A stretch of 64,000 bases of DNA from NCBI GenBank assembly GCA_900128395.1, contig LT649239.1, positions 1 to 64,000 of the forward strand. Reading direction: 5' to 3'. Under the pieces are notes generated by a model. The model was not told the origin of the DNA. It searched no databases and saw nothing but the letters and a program-made list of their open reading frames with translations. Of this stretch, positions 24,035 to 35,928 are shown in pieces. Made by a program: the position numbers and the translations under genes. Origin of the DNA: Stramenopiles sp. TOSAG23-2 (lineage: Eukaryota). The first letter of the stretch is position 1. Every line of letters starts with the position of its first letter.

Positions 24035-24054
24035 GGGTTAGGGGTTAGGGTTAG
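24035..24054 (-). promoter_or_regulatory. Interstitial telomere-like box (CTAACCCTAACCCCTAACCC on the minus strand) about 280 bp upstream of NOG2
   Basis: gggttaggggttagggttag is seen directly; a regulatory role is inferred. Confidence 0.45.
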
Positions 24055-25749
24055 AAATCGAGAACGAGAGGCATCTCTGATATTTCTATTGGCCCATTCA
24101 AGTATAAATTATTGGTCATTTGATAGGAGGAAAAAGGAGTTGAGTTATTATCTGATATTCTAATATCACTTTCACGTATAAATTATTGGTCATTTGATAT
24201 TGAGAAGTGAGATCGGTTCAACTTTTTTAGCTAGGGAGTGTACTACACTTTACTATAGTATTTTTTGTACAGAGTAAATCTGGGAGATAGTTTTACGGCG
24301 GGTTTGTCGGTTCAGCATCATTTTCGCTCTGGAAGCATGTACTAATGCTATGTCCATTAAAAAGCTGAAAGAATGGTTGCAAAACAATCGACACGTATTA
24401 AAACTATAAAAAAAGAAGTGATAACAAAGAGAAAAAGACCTCGTCCGCAAATTTAGCATGCCTTAGCAGGTAAATATAATCAGAACCTCTCCCAAAAAGC
24501 CCAAACCAGCAAAGTATGCAGGTAGTGATTAGTTTTTTTTTTGCGAAGAAAAAGTGGGGTAATTAGTAGGTACATACCATGGGCAACTGCATCGTTGTCC
24601 ATAATTAACACTATACACTATTGGAGGGGGGATGAATGGGCAGGGAAGTGGCATTCTTTTGTAAAAAACTATTCCAAATTAACACTACACACTATGGGAA
24701 AAATCGATGGCACAACGTTCACCATATATACTATATATATACGTACTAGATAAAAATATATAGAATCAAGAACACACAGAGAAGAAGACATAGAAGAACT
24801 ATCCCGTAGAGTCATTTCGATTTCCCCCGTTCCCCCTTTTCCCCCCGTTTTAACAACCGTGCTGTGCATTTTTCGTTTGCAACCTTTTAGATTATATTCG
24901 TGCTAAACTTTTTTTGAATAAGTTTTTAGAGATATATAGATAAGGAGACATTTTTAGTTTTCTTTCTTTTTTTTTTTTCTTTGTAATAGGTCATATATAG
25001 TTAGCGATTCAGTTGATTGAGTCTATATATATATATACATATATTGTTAGTGAAGTAGATTTAATATAACATTAGCAATTTAAATAAATCAATTAGCAAG
25101 AAAGAAAATAAAAGAAGTGAACATTTTAGCGTCCCTTCGATTAGATTATTAGATAGAAAAAGTTAGATAGTATTCTTTTGCATTTCTTACCGTTCACATA
25201 TTTACATACGTGACGTATCTTTCTGTAAATTTATATAATAATAATAAAACAACAAATTGTTTTTGGTAGACGTTATTGTTTTTACATAACTCCTAAAGAC
25301 ATTTTTCGTACATTATTATTAGCAATTTATATAGAAAGTACAAGAAGTTTTTGTTTTTATATACAAAAGAATATATATTATATATATATATAGATTATTT
25401 CGAAACGAATAATATTATATATACACAAAAAGGTTCATTTTCCGCACAGATTATAGGGATTTTAGCAATAGTTAGTAATAGTAGCAAATAGTATTGTTAT
25501 ATAATAGATACATATATTTATATATATAACAACTGGTAGTTAGGAATATCATATATACATATTATATAGATATACATTAGTTAGAAAAAAAAATTGAACA
25601 AGAAAAACAAACATAAAAAATAGTTAGTTAAAACGATCCGAGAAAGAAACATTTGATAACGATTTAACAAAAAAAAAAACCAAAACGATAAAAACCCGAA
25701 TCCGTAACGTAAACGACGAAAAACAAATTTAAAGAAACAAAATTGAAAT

Positions 25750-26778
25750 ATGGCAACTTCCTTATTTGATTTTGATGACGTGACTACATTTGGCTTTGCT
25801 GAAGACAATAACATGATCTTCACCTTAGACAATGTTTCAAAAACGAACAGCAAGAATTACGACGACAACGCCGATATCGATAGCGCATCTGATAATGCCT
25901 CTGAAAGTACCATTGATGGTACAACGCCTGATATTTTAAGTGATGAAGATGGAGAAAATGCAGCATTTGATTTCACCTCGCCAACATTGAGTGGTTTGGA
26001 TGAATATGCATCGTACAATTGGAGTGATTTCACATACACCCCATTGGACCAACCGAACAATGAATTTTACTTCGATTCATCCTCGAAATTTAGTAATACA
26101 AATGGTAGTTCAATGAAAAAATTGAAGGTGACAAAACGAACGAACACGAAGAATAACACAAAAAAAAACAAACGTACCATTGATTTTGATTCACCAACGG
26201 TCTCATCATCACCGGTTAAAAAGAAGCAACGAACATCCAAAGGTTCTTCCAAATCGGAAGCGGGGCGTTTGAATGCAAAAGCAAACAAACTTTTAGATCG
26301 TCAACAATTATCTAAAAGCTTGAAAGTTGTTTTAAAGAAACATAAAGCAATGAAAAACGAAAATGGAACGAAAAACGCCGCAAACAGAAAAAAAAAATCG
26401 AACGCTGGAAAATCTTCTTTGAACAAAAAAACAAAGAAAGATAAAAAACATAAGAGCAAAGCTGCATCTAAAAAAAAATCAAAGAAAAAGAATGGTAAAA
26501 ATGCAACTGGATCTTATTCAATTAAGCAAAAGTTTACTGATGGAATACCACGTATTGGTGTATATACCATACCAGAACGCAAAGCATTATTAGCAAGATT
26601 TCATGCTAAAAGAAAAAAGCGTGTATTTTGTAAAAAAATTAAATACGAATGCCGTAAAGTACTTGCAAATGATAGACCGCGTGTTCGTGGTCGATTTGTT
26701 AAAGTAACTGATTTACCACGTTACCGCGAATGCTTAGCTAAAGGTATTCCTTTTGTACCGACACCTGCTACTAAGTAA
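25750..26778 (+). CDS. CCT-domain protein (putative transcription regulator)
   Basis: IGVYTIPERKALLARFHAKRKKRVFCKKIKYECRKVLANDRPRVRGRFVK; acidic N-terminus and Lys-rich NLS-like region. Confidence 0.92.
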   Translation: MATSLFDFDDVTTFGFAEDNNMIFTLDNVSKTNSKNYDDNADIDSASDNASESTIDGTTPDILSDEDGENAAFDFTSPTLSGLDEYASYNWSDFTYTPLDQPNNEFYFDSSSKFSNTNGSSMKKLKVTKRTNTKNNTKKNKRTIDFDSPTVSSSPVKKKQRTSKGSSKSEAGRLNAKANKLLDRQQLSKSLKVVLKKHKAMKNENGTKNAANRKKKSNAGKSSLNKKTKKDKKHKSKAASKKKSKKKNGKNATGSYSIKQKFTDGIPRIGVYTIPERKALLARFHAKRKKRVFCKKIKYECRKVLANDRPRVRGRFVKVTDLPRYRECLAKGIPFVPTPATK

Positions 26779-27691
26779 AAAATTATTATTTTTTTTTATG
26801 AAAGTAGTATTGTGTGCTTTTAATAGTTAGTTAGTGAAGATTTATTAAATACAATATGGTATCGATATAATTGATTCCGTAGAAAGTAAATAATAAATTT
26901 TATGTCCAATTTTAGGAACAAAACAACAATAACAACAACAACATGTCCTCTTTTATATGATCTATATTATATAAAATATAACAACAACAACAATAATAAT
27001 AGTAAAAATAAGAATAAATAGGAAAAAAATAAAAAGAATAATAATAACTAAAACAAGAAAAAAAAAACAAGAAAAAGATAGCATCAATAGTAGATAAAAT
27101 AAATGTAGATTGTATAACATGTTTATAGAGGGAACATTTTAGTATAAGTGTCTTGTATTTTCATATTTTTTTACAAAAACTGTATGGTTTATGTTTTAAT
27201 AAATAATGAAATACGCCAATAATAAATAATAGAAATTTCTTTTACAATATAAGAGATATTTAAAAGAAAAAAAAAAAGAAAGAAAAAGAAAGAAAGGAAT
27301 GTGTGATTTATGTGATTACATGTATATATATATATATATATATTGCCACATGGAAGAGTCAAAAAAATAAAATCATGTTTACGTAATATATATAATAATA
27401 TGTATTTTTATTACTTTTAAAATCTAAATGCTATGTATCATACAAATAATAACAAATATCAACAATCATTTCAGCGATATATTTATATTAAGCGTGAAAA
27501 GATATATTCAAATATACGTAAATATATATATATTCAACATATATAATATAATTGACGAATAATACAAGAAGATCAAGCACCATTATCAATAAATTTTACA
27601 AAGTTATATATATATATATATATATATAAATACGTATGTATACAATCGACAAATAATACACAACAAGATCAAGTACCATTAATTAATCAAC

Positions 27692-29575
27692 ATGATAAAT
27701 TTTTTTATAATATACTTATCATTGCTTCTATTATTATTCATATTTGTATCTGCTAATCGAAATTACATAGGTAGAGGAAAACAACCATTTCGTTCAAATG
27801 AAAATCCAACTTGTAAAGATTGGTTATGGCCAATGCCAGCTCACATAACATGTGGAACAGCAACAGCTTCAAAATTTACGTTTGGAAAAAGTATATCAGT
27901 ACAATTTGATAAGAGCTCTAAATCCCAAAAATCAGATATATTATTACAGGCAATCGATAAATTTTTAACACAAGTTCTACAACCGCCTTTGTTATTTCAA
28001 CGCGGTACTGGATATGAACCTGAATTCAGAGTATCCCCAAATAATAATAGTAGTAATAATAATAGATTGGAAAAAACAGATAATAATAATGATTTAATCA
28101 TCGAAAGTATAATTATACATATTGACAAAGATGAACCGGTAAAACCAATTAGTAAATTGAGCACGGATGATGAATCCTACAAATTAGATGTGAAATCACC
28201 AACAACAACGTTAACTGCTAATACTATTTGGGGTGCGTTATATGGATTGACAACGTTTAAGCAATTGGTTGTATTATCGGAAACAACGTCTAGTATTGAA
28301 TTGAAAAATAATAATAACAATATTGTTGAAATTGCAAGTGTATCATATGAACCATCAATTCTTGGTGCACCATTGGTTACGATTGAAGATGTGCCACGTT
28401 ATCCTTGGCGTGGATTGTTGATTGATTCGGTAAATCATTTTTTACCACTAGCAGATATTAAACGTACTCTAAATGTCATGGCAGAAAACAAATTAAATGT
28501 ATTACATTGGCATTTAACAGATTCTTACAGTTTTCCATTTCAAAGCCAAGCTTTTCCAAATTTATCATTAAAAGGTGCATGGCATCCAACCAAAGCAATA
28601 TATACATTCGATGACATTTCAGATATTGAAAGTTATGCAAAGTATTTAGGAATTCGAGTTGTTGTTGAAGTTGATCAACCTGGACATGCATATTCATGGG
28701 GTTTAGGTGTTCCCGGCATTACCGTGCCATGCCCATCTGTTGAGAAAGATATTGGACCAATCAATGTTGTACCATTCAATCCTATATTGAATGAAACATA
28801 TGATACAATTACAAAAGTTATGACGGAACTTGCTACACTTTTGCCAGGGGAACATATTCATTTAGGCGGAGATGAATTGCAATATGGTTGTTGGAATCAA
28901 ACAAAAAGTATAAAAGAATGGATGGTTGAAAAGGAGATCCATTCTTTTGAAGCTTTAACACAATATTTTTTTCAACGCATACGTGAAACTAGTGAAAATA
29001 TATTGAAACGGAAAGCAGTAGTGTGGGAAGATTTGTTTTTAAATGCGGAAGGTCAATTAAATTTCAACGTCACCACCGTTCCATTTCCATATGATAAAGC
29101 CATTGTTGAAGTTTGGACCAGTCCTGAATATTTAGGTGAAGCAATTAAAGCGGGGTATGATGGGATATTAGCGTATGGGTGGTATTTAGATCGGCAAGTT
29201 CCAGTCGATAATCAAACATCATGGTTTTGGATGGATACATGGCGTTTTATGTATTTAAATGATCCCGAAGGAGATGTATCATCATATCGTCGTAGCGAGA
29301 TGGATGGAAGAGATGTAAATAAACCCCCTCCCCCTGGCACAATATTAGGGGGTGAGGCATCAATGTGGAGTGAACAAGTTGATCCAACTAGTTTTGATGG
29401 GCGTATATGGCCACGTGCATGCGCAATGGCAGAGCGGTTATGGTCTCCAAAACAATTGCGTGATGTTGAAGATGCATCTTTACGTTTGAATAAGCATCGA
29501 TGTCGACTGGTTAAAAATACAGGAATAAAGGCAGGGCCGATTTGGGCTGGATATTGCGATAGTGCATACGTATGA
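27692..29575 (+). CDS. Beta-N-acetylhexosaminidase (GH20), secreted or lysosomal
   Basis: Signal peptide; LWPMP; DESYKL; PRYPWRGLLID; KLNVLHWH; HLGGDE catalytic motif; GGEASMWSE; WPRACAMAERLW. Confidence 0.96.
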   Translation: MINFFIIYLSLLLLLFIFVSANRNYIGRGKQPFRSNENPTCKDWLWPMPAHITCGTATASKFTFGKSISVQFDKSSKSQKSDILLQAIDKFLTQVLQPPLLFQRGTGYEPEFRVSPNNNSSNNNRLEKTDNNNDLIIESIIIHIDKDEPVKPISKLSTDDESYKLDVKSPTTTLTANTIWGALYGLTTFKQLVVLSETTSSIELKNNNNNIVEIASVSYEPSILGAPLVTIEDVPRYPWRGLLIDSVNHFLPLADIKRTLNVMAENKLNVLHWHLTDSYSFPFQSQAFPNLSLKGAWHPTKAIYTFDDISDIESYAKYLGIRVVVEVDQPGHAYSWGLGVPGITVPCPSVEKDIGPINVVPFNPILNETYDTITKVMTELATLLPGEHIHLGGDELQYGCWNQTKSIKEWMVEKEIHSFEALTQYFFQRIRETSENILKRKAVVWEDLFLNAEGQLNFNVTTVPFPYDKAIVEVWTSPEYLGEAIKAGYDGILAYGWYLDRQVPVDNQTSWFWMDTWRFMYLNDPEGDVSSYRRSEMDGRDVNKPPPPGTILGGEASMWSEQVDPTSFDGRIWPRACAMAERLWSPKQLRDVEDASLRLNKHRCRLVKNTGIKAGPIWAGYCDSAYV

Positions 29576-29965
29576 CTAAAAAATATTAAAAAGTACTGGT
29601 TGATAACATCTAATTTCTGTTACAGGAATTATTGACACATTTTGTGAGATAGATATTAATATTGGCTCAGCAGTGTCACTGTATTCTTTTTGGGAGTAGG
29701 AATTTGTCACGTATAATATTAAAAAAATTAAATACTGTGACATATGCATATATGGGGGTATCATTATATACGGGGAGGTATAAAACTCCAATCAATAAAA
29801 TGTATCATATGATATGTCATATGATACTTCGCGTGTATTCGTGTGTGTATCATATTATCATAATACGAAGTGTACATTTTTAGAGAGAGATAATATTTTA
29901 TAAAGAAACAACGCGCGCTCAAGAAATCTGTGATTTTATACCGCACATAAAACATATTTTCTCTT

Positions 29966-32440
29966 TTAAATATTTTGCTTTCTTTTCTTATTATTCGTGG
30001 TAGTAGTAGTAGTCGTAGTAGTCGTAGTAGTCGTATTACTACTGCTACTACTACTACTATTTGAACGCTTTCGTTTTTTCCCAGGATTGTCTTTCTTTGC
30101 TGCATCCAATTCTTTTTTCTTAATCACCCAGGCCTTTTTCACTAACGCTGTAATTTCTTTTTCTTTTTTGCCTTGCCACTCTACTTTGTTCTTCTTCGAT
30201 AAAGCATTTTTAAATTTTACATACGGGGTGACATTCACTTTACCTGTTTCTTTTCGCCATGCTGCTTTCACGGATTTTGTAATTTTCTTCTTTGATTTTC
30301 CTTTAATATTTGATCTGTTCTCTTGTAACCATTTATTTCGGAAATTGATATATTCAGAATTGGCCCCATCATCAATTTGTTGCACCAAACGTTGTTTATG
30401 CCATTCGATTTTTATCAATTCAGTTACTTCAGATTGTTTCTTACCAGCAACTAAAGCTTCGTTTTCGGATATCCATTTCCCACGGAAGGCTTGATATTTT
30501 GTTTTCTCAACATCAGTTATTCCTCTACTTTGTTTGTAGTCTCCTTTGACCATTTGCGTAATTTCTTTTTCCGTCTTCCCAATGATTTTATCAGCATTTT
30601 CTTTTTTCCATTGATTCCGAAACTCCATGTAAGGCGTAACTGGTTTATTCTCGATAATTCCATTCTTACCACCTTTTTCCTTCTGGAATGCCGCTTTTAT
30701 AATAGCAGTGACTTCTTTTCTAGTTTTGTTGCTCAATTCGCTATAATGCTCTTGTAAATATTTCAATCTAAATTGCTTATATGCACCACCGATATATTTC
30801 ATTTTATTGAAGTTCTTTTCCATCATTTTTTGCTTTTTTGGATATTTATCAACATATGCTTGCCTGAAAATTTGATTTTTTTGTGCAATCGATTTTCCTT
30901 CTAACAAGGCTTGATGTTCTTTCTCATACTCCAAACAAAACACATCATACGGTGGCAAACCGCCATGTTTCTTATTCCACGCTTGCCGAGCTAATTTGCT
31001 CCGTTCTCGTTGATTGATGGCATAAACATCTGCCCAATTTTTTTCGATATATTGTGCTTTGAATTTACCGAATGGGCTCATTTCTTCAAACTGTTTAATC
31101 GTATACGAAGGTGGCGCTGGGATTCGTTGAACAATTTCATTTTTATCACCGTTGCGGTTATTATTGCTGCTACTGCCACTACCACTACTACTACCATTGC
31201 TACCTTTTTTCTTCAATGTTGCAAATTTTTTAATTCGCAAATTTGCAGTTTCTTGCACTTGTTTGGCTCTTTCCTTTACTAGATTTTGCAACCATGTTCT
31301 TAAATATTCCGTATTGCGCGTCTCACGTTCCCTTCTGATTTCATTGACTTTTTCCCAAGTTATTTCTGGATTGTCTCGTGCAAAATCGCCAACCATCCAT
31401 GCCACTTCATTGATCGCATATGCCGCCTCTTCAGGTGTACTGTACCTACCAACCGTACAGGTTACTCGTTTTGCACCATCTGGTAGACTGGACACGGTAG
31501 AGCCATATTCAGCGACAAATTGGCCTTTTTTTTTCGGCCAATTTTTCGTCGTTTCATTAGACAAATTACTCCACCATTTTTTTATTTGACTTTTAAAATG
31601 CGTTCCATCTGTATTCGCATCACGGATTTTTTTATCAATCGTTACGCCACGAAATATAGTGCGACCGCGCTTTGTCAATTGCTCTTCGAATTCTGGTGTA
31701 TTTTTTTTCTCCCTGACAAAATCGACTACATCTTTGCTATTTTTGAAATTCAAATGGCATAAAGCTTTTAATCCTTTTTTATCCAATAGAACTTTATCAT
31801 GATTAACCGCAGCTGATATTTCATCTGGAAATGTGCCTGAATAACGCTTCTTATTTACAGAGCTTGACCAACCACTACCATTCCTATTTACACCGCGGAA
31901 TCTTGAGGTACGTTTACTAGGCAAGCTTGGATCAAGTTCTTGGATGTGGGCCTTTAATTCTTTTATTTCCTCATTTTTTCGATTGAACAATTCACGAATA
32001 TATTTTTGAACTGGAAGTGGAACATTTAAATATTTTCGTGTACGACCATTTGATTTTTGTTCATAAATTTCTTGTATGAACGGTGCTGCACAATATGCAA
32101 ATTTCGGCAAAGTGTAGCTTTTTCTTTCCTGTGTGATGCCCTCAAGCATGGTTCTATCGCTTCCAGGCAATGGTGTCTCTGGTAACGTAATCAGTTGATG
32201 TTTCACTAATTGTTCTAAATCATCTAAACTAGTAGTTGACAGGTCATGATTTAAGGTTGTATGTGAGTTGGAAGTGTTGAAAATTGTACCGGTACGACGA
32301 TGATTGTTATTTCTACTACTATTACTACTACTAGAAGCAGTACCTGTACGGCGATAATTACTATTATTTCTACTACTGTTACGAGCAATAGGTCCTGTAG
32401 TAGTAGTAGTCGTTGTTGTTGTATTTGACGATGACGACAT
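29966..32440 (-). CDS. AP2-domain DNA-binding protein with seven C-terminal HMG-like helical repeats
   Basis: SRFRGV..W..YSGTFPDEISAA..HD..LNF; second FRGV..VGRYSTPEEAA; repeats of xY..F..W..N..GK..KEIT..K..W. Confidence 0.75.
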   Translation of the reverse strand: MSSSSNTTTTTTTTTGPIARNSSRNNSNYRRTGTASSSSNSSRNNNHRRTGTIFNTSNSHTTLNHDLSTTSLDDLEQLVKHQLITLPETPLPGSDRTMLEGITQERKSYTLPKFAYCAAPFIQEIYEQKSNGRTRKYLNVPLPVQKYIRELFNRKNEEIKELKAHIQELDPSLPSKRTSRFRGVNRNGSGWSSSVNKKRYSGTFPDEISAAVNHDKVLLDKKGLKALCHLNFKNSKDVVDFVREKKNTPEFEEQLTKRGRTIFRGVTIDKKIRDANTDGTHFKSQIKKWWSNLSNETTKNWPKKKGQFVAEYGSTVSSLPDGAKRVTCTVGRYSTPEEAAYAINEVAWMVGDFARDNPEITWEKVNEIRRERETRNTEYLRTWLQNLVKERAKQVQETANLRIKKFATLKKKGSNGSSSGSGSSSNNNRNGDKNEIVQRIPAPPSYTIKQFEEMSPFGKFKAQYIEKNWADVYAINQRERSKLARQAWNKKHGGLPPYDVFCLEYEKEHQALLEGKSIAQKNQIFRQAYVDKYPKKQKMMEKNFNKMKYIGGAYKQFRLKYLQEHYSELSNKTRKEVTAIIKAAFQKEKGGKNGIIENKPVTPYMEFRNQWKKENADKIIGKTEKEITQMVKGDYKQSRGITDVEKTKYQAFRGKWISENEALVAGKKQSEVTELIKIEWHKQRLVQQIDDGANSEYINFRNKWLQENRSNIKGKSKKKITKSVKAAWRKETGKVNVTPYVKFKNALSKKNKVEWQGKKEKEITALVKKAWVIKKKELDAAKKDNPGKKRKRSNSSSSSSSNTTTTTTTTTTTTTNNKKRKQNI

Positions 32441-33165
32441 TTATTTATGTTTCAAATTTTGTTTTTTAAATAATAATAATAATAATAATAAATGAGGTCT
32501 ATAGATGTTTTAAAAATAAAAGTATCTTTATCCGTTTTACTTTAACAGAGAAAAATATTTCTTTGAGATGTATATACGGGGCTGGGGAAGCGATCTGAAT
32601 GTGATGCACGTTTGTATTCGTGACACTTTGTAATATCTTTCTCTCTCTCTCTGTTAACTGCTACCGTCTTCGATCTACATGTACTTCATTTCTATTATCC
32701 ATATTTTTGTGCTTGCCTTATATTATTCATTCATTCAAAAATCTCAAATCTCTAAATCTTCTTTTCTGAAAAAAATAAAATAACACTACTCACTATTGAT
32801 AAAAAGTGATGAAGGGATAGAAAAATGGTTGCACAGCTTGATATAGGCGTCCATGCTTGGTAATATACAAAGTACCTCCAGCAGAAAAAGATCCAAAAAC
32901 CACCTATTCTTTCCCCCCTTAATGCACAGTTTAAATTAAAATGCAAAGTGTGCTTTTTTTTCGACTTGTGCACTAAATATTTAGCACTACACAGCACAGG
33001 GTTTTCAGGAATCTAGAAGCACTATTAGAAGCACTATACCGACTATTCCTCTCTGGTTTTTTAATTATTTCAACAGTAGTATACTTTAACTTTTATTCGA
33101 ATTTTGAATTAATTAATTATTAAAAAAAGAGGAAAGATATAGAAAACAATCAAGTATGAAAGTAT

Positions 33166-33200
<35 letters not shown>

Positions 33201-33261
33201 GATTACTTTTTCATTCTCATTTTCGTTTTTGTTTTTGTTGCTTCTTCCCCCCCCGGTTAAA

Positions 33262-35451
33262 ATGATACGTTTAATGGTAAGATATCGCCATACTACTACC
33301 ATTTCTACCCCATGTAAAATATTACGACGTCGATATATAAATAATATATCAGGTAATGATAATAATAATAATAATTCTAACAAACAAATCATAATAAATA
33401 AACGTTATAATTACATGCATAATTATACTAATAATAATATCAGATTCTTTTCATCTGCATCGAACGATGATGATAATGATTCTGCTTCTAATAATAAGGT
33501 AGGGTATACTTCTCTTTCTTCTACCGTTCATAATGATAAAAATTTACCATTGGCAGAAGAAGAAGAAGAAGAAGGACTAGCAAACAATGTAAAAGAGCAA
33601 ATGATAAATAAATTATATAATGCACACCTTGAACATGATGATGAGATGAAATTAAATCTACTGTCTTATTATATAAATGGTATGGACAGTATCGAAGATC
33701 CTCTTCTTGGGGATTTAGAAACCAAAAGTTTTTTTTACGAAGTTGCCGCGCATTCATTGCCACAAGGAAACGCATGGAATAATATGAAAAATTTAGAAAC
33801 TTCCATAAAATTATTTAAAAAATTTTGTAAATATGACGAAGGTAAATTTGACATTGAATTTACGAATTCAGATATATGTCTTTTAATGGCAACTGAACTG
33901 TTTGATCGAATACAAACATCCATGACATGGGATGTACGAAATAAAAATGTTATACATATGAAATTAAAAAGTGGACATGCAGCAAGAAAAATACAAATCG
34001 TAAATAAATACGATGAGAAAATGTTAACGTATTTTATTGACTTGTTTGAATTTGTAAGAAACAATAATATATTTAATGAACAAATATTTGATTTAAATAT
34101 ATCCGATGCAGCAATTTATATGTATGGACATGATGGAAATTTTGATAATGCAAAAAAACTTTTATTTGAACGTGATGATGTTAAAAAATATCCTGAAGAA
34201 ATAATGTGTGAATTTGTAAGATTTTTTTTACTTCAAAGTACTAAAACCAAACGAGCAATAAAAATTGATGAAGTGATGGAATTTATTAAAACAGAGACAA
34301 ATATTAATGAATTTGACAGCACAATGTTTCATCATATATTTCAAGCATGTTTAAAAGCAAAGAAATATGATACTGCAATGACTTATATAACTAAATTTAA
34401 ATATCAATTTCCAAAAAAACTAGCTTATGATAATCTTTATTCACTTATGATTAGATGTTGCCGTGCAAAACGTAAACATATAGCATTACAGCTATACAAT
34501 CAGTACAAAGATATTGCAAATAAAAAAAATAACATAAAGAATAATAGAAATAATCCAAGGTATATAATGAAAACTAGATCCAGATCGTTTGCTGCACTAT
34601 TAGATTGTTATCCTCGCAATCTTAATAATAGCGAACAAAATTTTGAATTGATAACAAAATTATTCGAGGAATTAAAATTCGATATAAACAAGATAATAAC
34701 AAAAGTACCAGAAGGTACTAATAATAGTGATAATATGAGAGAAAGAAAATTAATGTTGTATGGTATTGAAAAAGATATTATGTATGAATCGTATTTTAAA
34801 AAATGCTTAGAATTCAAGAAATATGAGGCAATTATGGAAATATATCAAAGTGATTTAAATGGCAATGGTAAAAATAAAATCAATTCACGTTTATATCCAT
34901 ACATTCTACGAGCAGCGATTTTATATAATTCTACGAGAAGAAAAAATTTCAAACGTGGATTGAAATTCTATTATGACGAAATAAAAAAAGGCTGTGTTTT
35001 AGATTCCAAAGATTATCATATGATTATAACTGCATTTCAACGGGATTTTCTCGATACAAATAGTATACATATGGCACATGAAGTAGATAAAATATTTCAA
35101 GATGCAATAGATGAAAAACAAATTGATATATTTCCAATGTATGGTATGTCAAATGAGGGGGAATCAGAATCGTCTCCCATTAAGAGATGCGATTTGCATT
35201 CTATAAACAATCGGCAAACAGCATTAGTTGCTGTGAAATATATTTGTAAATATTTTAATAAAGAAATGTTTGGCGATGGCAACAAAGATACATTTGATAT
35301 TGTTGTTGGAAAAGGAAGGTTTCAAGAAAATTCTGTTTTTATGACTATTATTAAGAAATATTTAGATCATGAAAAAATTCGTTATCGTGTTAGGGGTAAA
35401 AATGGTGTAATCACGTTAAATTGGCAATCTGTTTTAGAATGGAGAAAGTAA
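33262..35451 (+). CDS. PPR-like helical repeat protein with a C-terminal SMR domain, likely mitochondrial
   Basis: Arg-rich presequence ending in RFFSS; PPR-like helices; CDLHS..FDIVVGKG..NGVITL SMR motif. Confidence 0.7.
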   Translation: MIRLMVRYRHTTTISTPCKILRRRYINNISGNDNNNNNSNKQIIINKRYNYMHNYTNNNIRFFSSASNDDDNDSASNNKVGYTSLSSTVHNDKNLPLAEEEEEEGLANNVKEQMINKLYNAHLEHDDEMKLNLLSYYINGMDSIEDPLLGDLETKSFFYEVAAHSLPQGNAWNNMKNLETSIKLFKKFCKYDEGKFDIEFTNSDICLLMATELFDRIQTSMTWDVRNKNVIHMKLKSGHAARKIQIVNKYDEKMLTYFIDLFEFVRNNNIFNEQIFDLNISDAAIYMYGHDGNFDNAKKLLFERDDVKKYPEEIMCEFVRFFLLQSTKTKRAIKIDEVMEFIKTETNINEFDSTMFHHIFQACLKAKKYDTAMTYITKFKYQFPKKLAYDNLYSLMIRCCRAKRKHIALQLYNQYKDIANKKNNIKNNRNNPRYIMKTRSRSFAALLDCYPRNLNNSEQNFELITKLFEELKFDINKIITKVPEGTNNSDNMRERKLMLYGIEKDIMYESYFKKCLEFKKYEAIMEIYQSDLNGNGKNKINSRLYPYILRAAILYNSTRRKNFKRGLKFYYDEIKKGCVLDSKDYHMIITAFQRDFLDTNSIHMAHEVDKIFQDAIDEKQIDIFPMYGMSNEGESESSPIKRCDLHSINNRQTALVAVKYICKYFNKEMFGDGNKDTFDIVVGKGRFQENSVFMTIIKKYLDHEKIRYRVRGKNGVITLNWQSVLEWRK

Positions 35452-35928
35452 GACACACAGAGCGAATGCTTTTTGCATTTTATGAGGCTGTGGTAAATTT
35501 TATATGGTGTTTCGTAAAACTAATTTAAATTACGATCGTAAAAAATATCTGACAAGAGTCTTTTAGTGTGCTGTGTGTGTTGTTATATATTTTTTTAAAA
35601 AAAGAAAAATTTTACGACGTACATGTAAAAATATGGAAAATGAGAATTGGAAAGACACGATGATTTATAAAAATACGAAACCTTTGTAAAAAATAAAACA
35701 GTACTATACCGAACACGTACACACTATTTTATTATAAAATAAATTCCTGGTTTAATTTGTGCATTTTCACCAAAAATACATTTTTTTTAACAACATCTTA
35801 AACGCTTAACGCACACTCCTCTTTAAAAAACATTCTTTGCAACCACGCAGTTTTACTATACGAATCCGTATTTATTTCCCGATGATATTATATTATTGTT
35901 TCAAATATTTTAGGATGTTGTTTTAAAA

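Noticed and set aside
23945-24080. C/D snoRNA (GTGATGA..CTGA) or TPP riboswitch (ACCTGATC)
   Set aside because: No convincing terminal stem or recognisable rRNA guide, and the remaining TPP consensus is missing.
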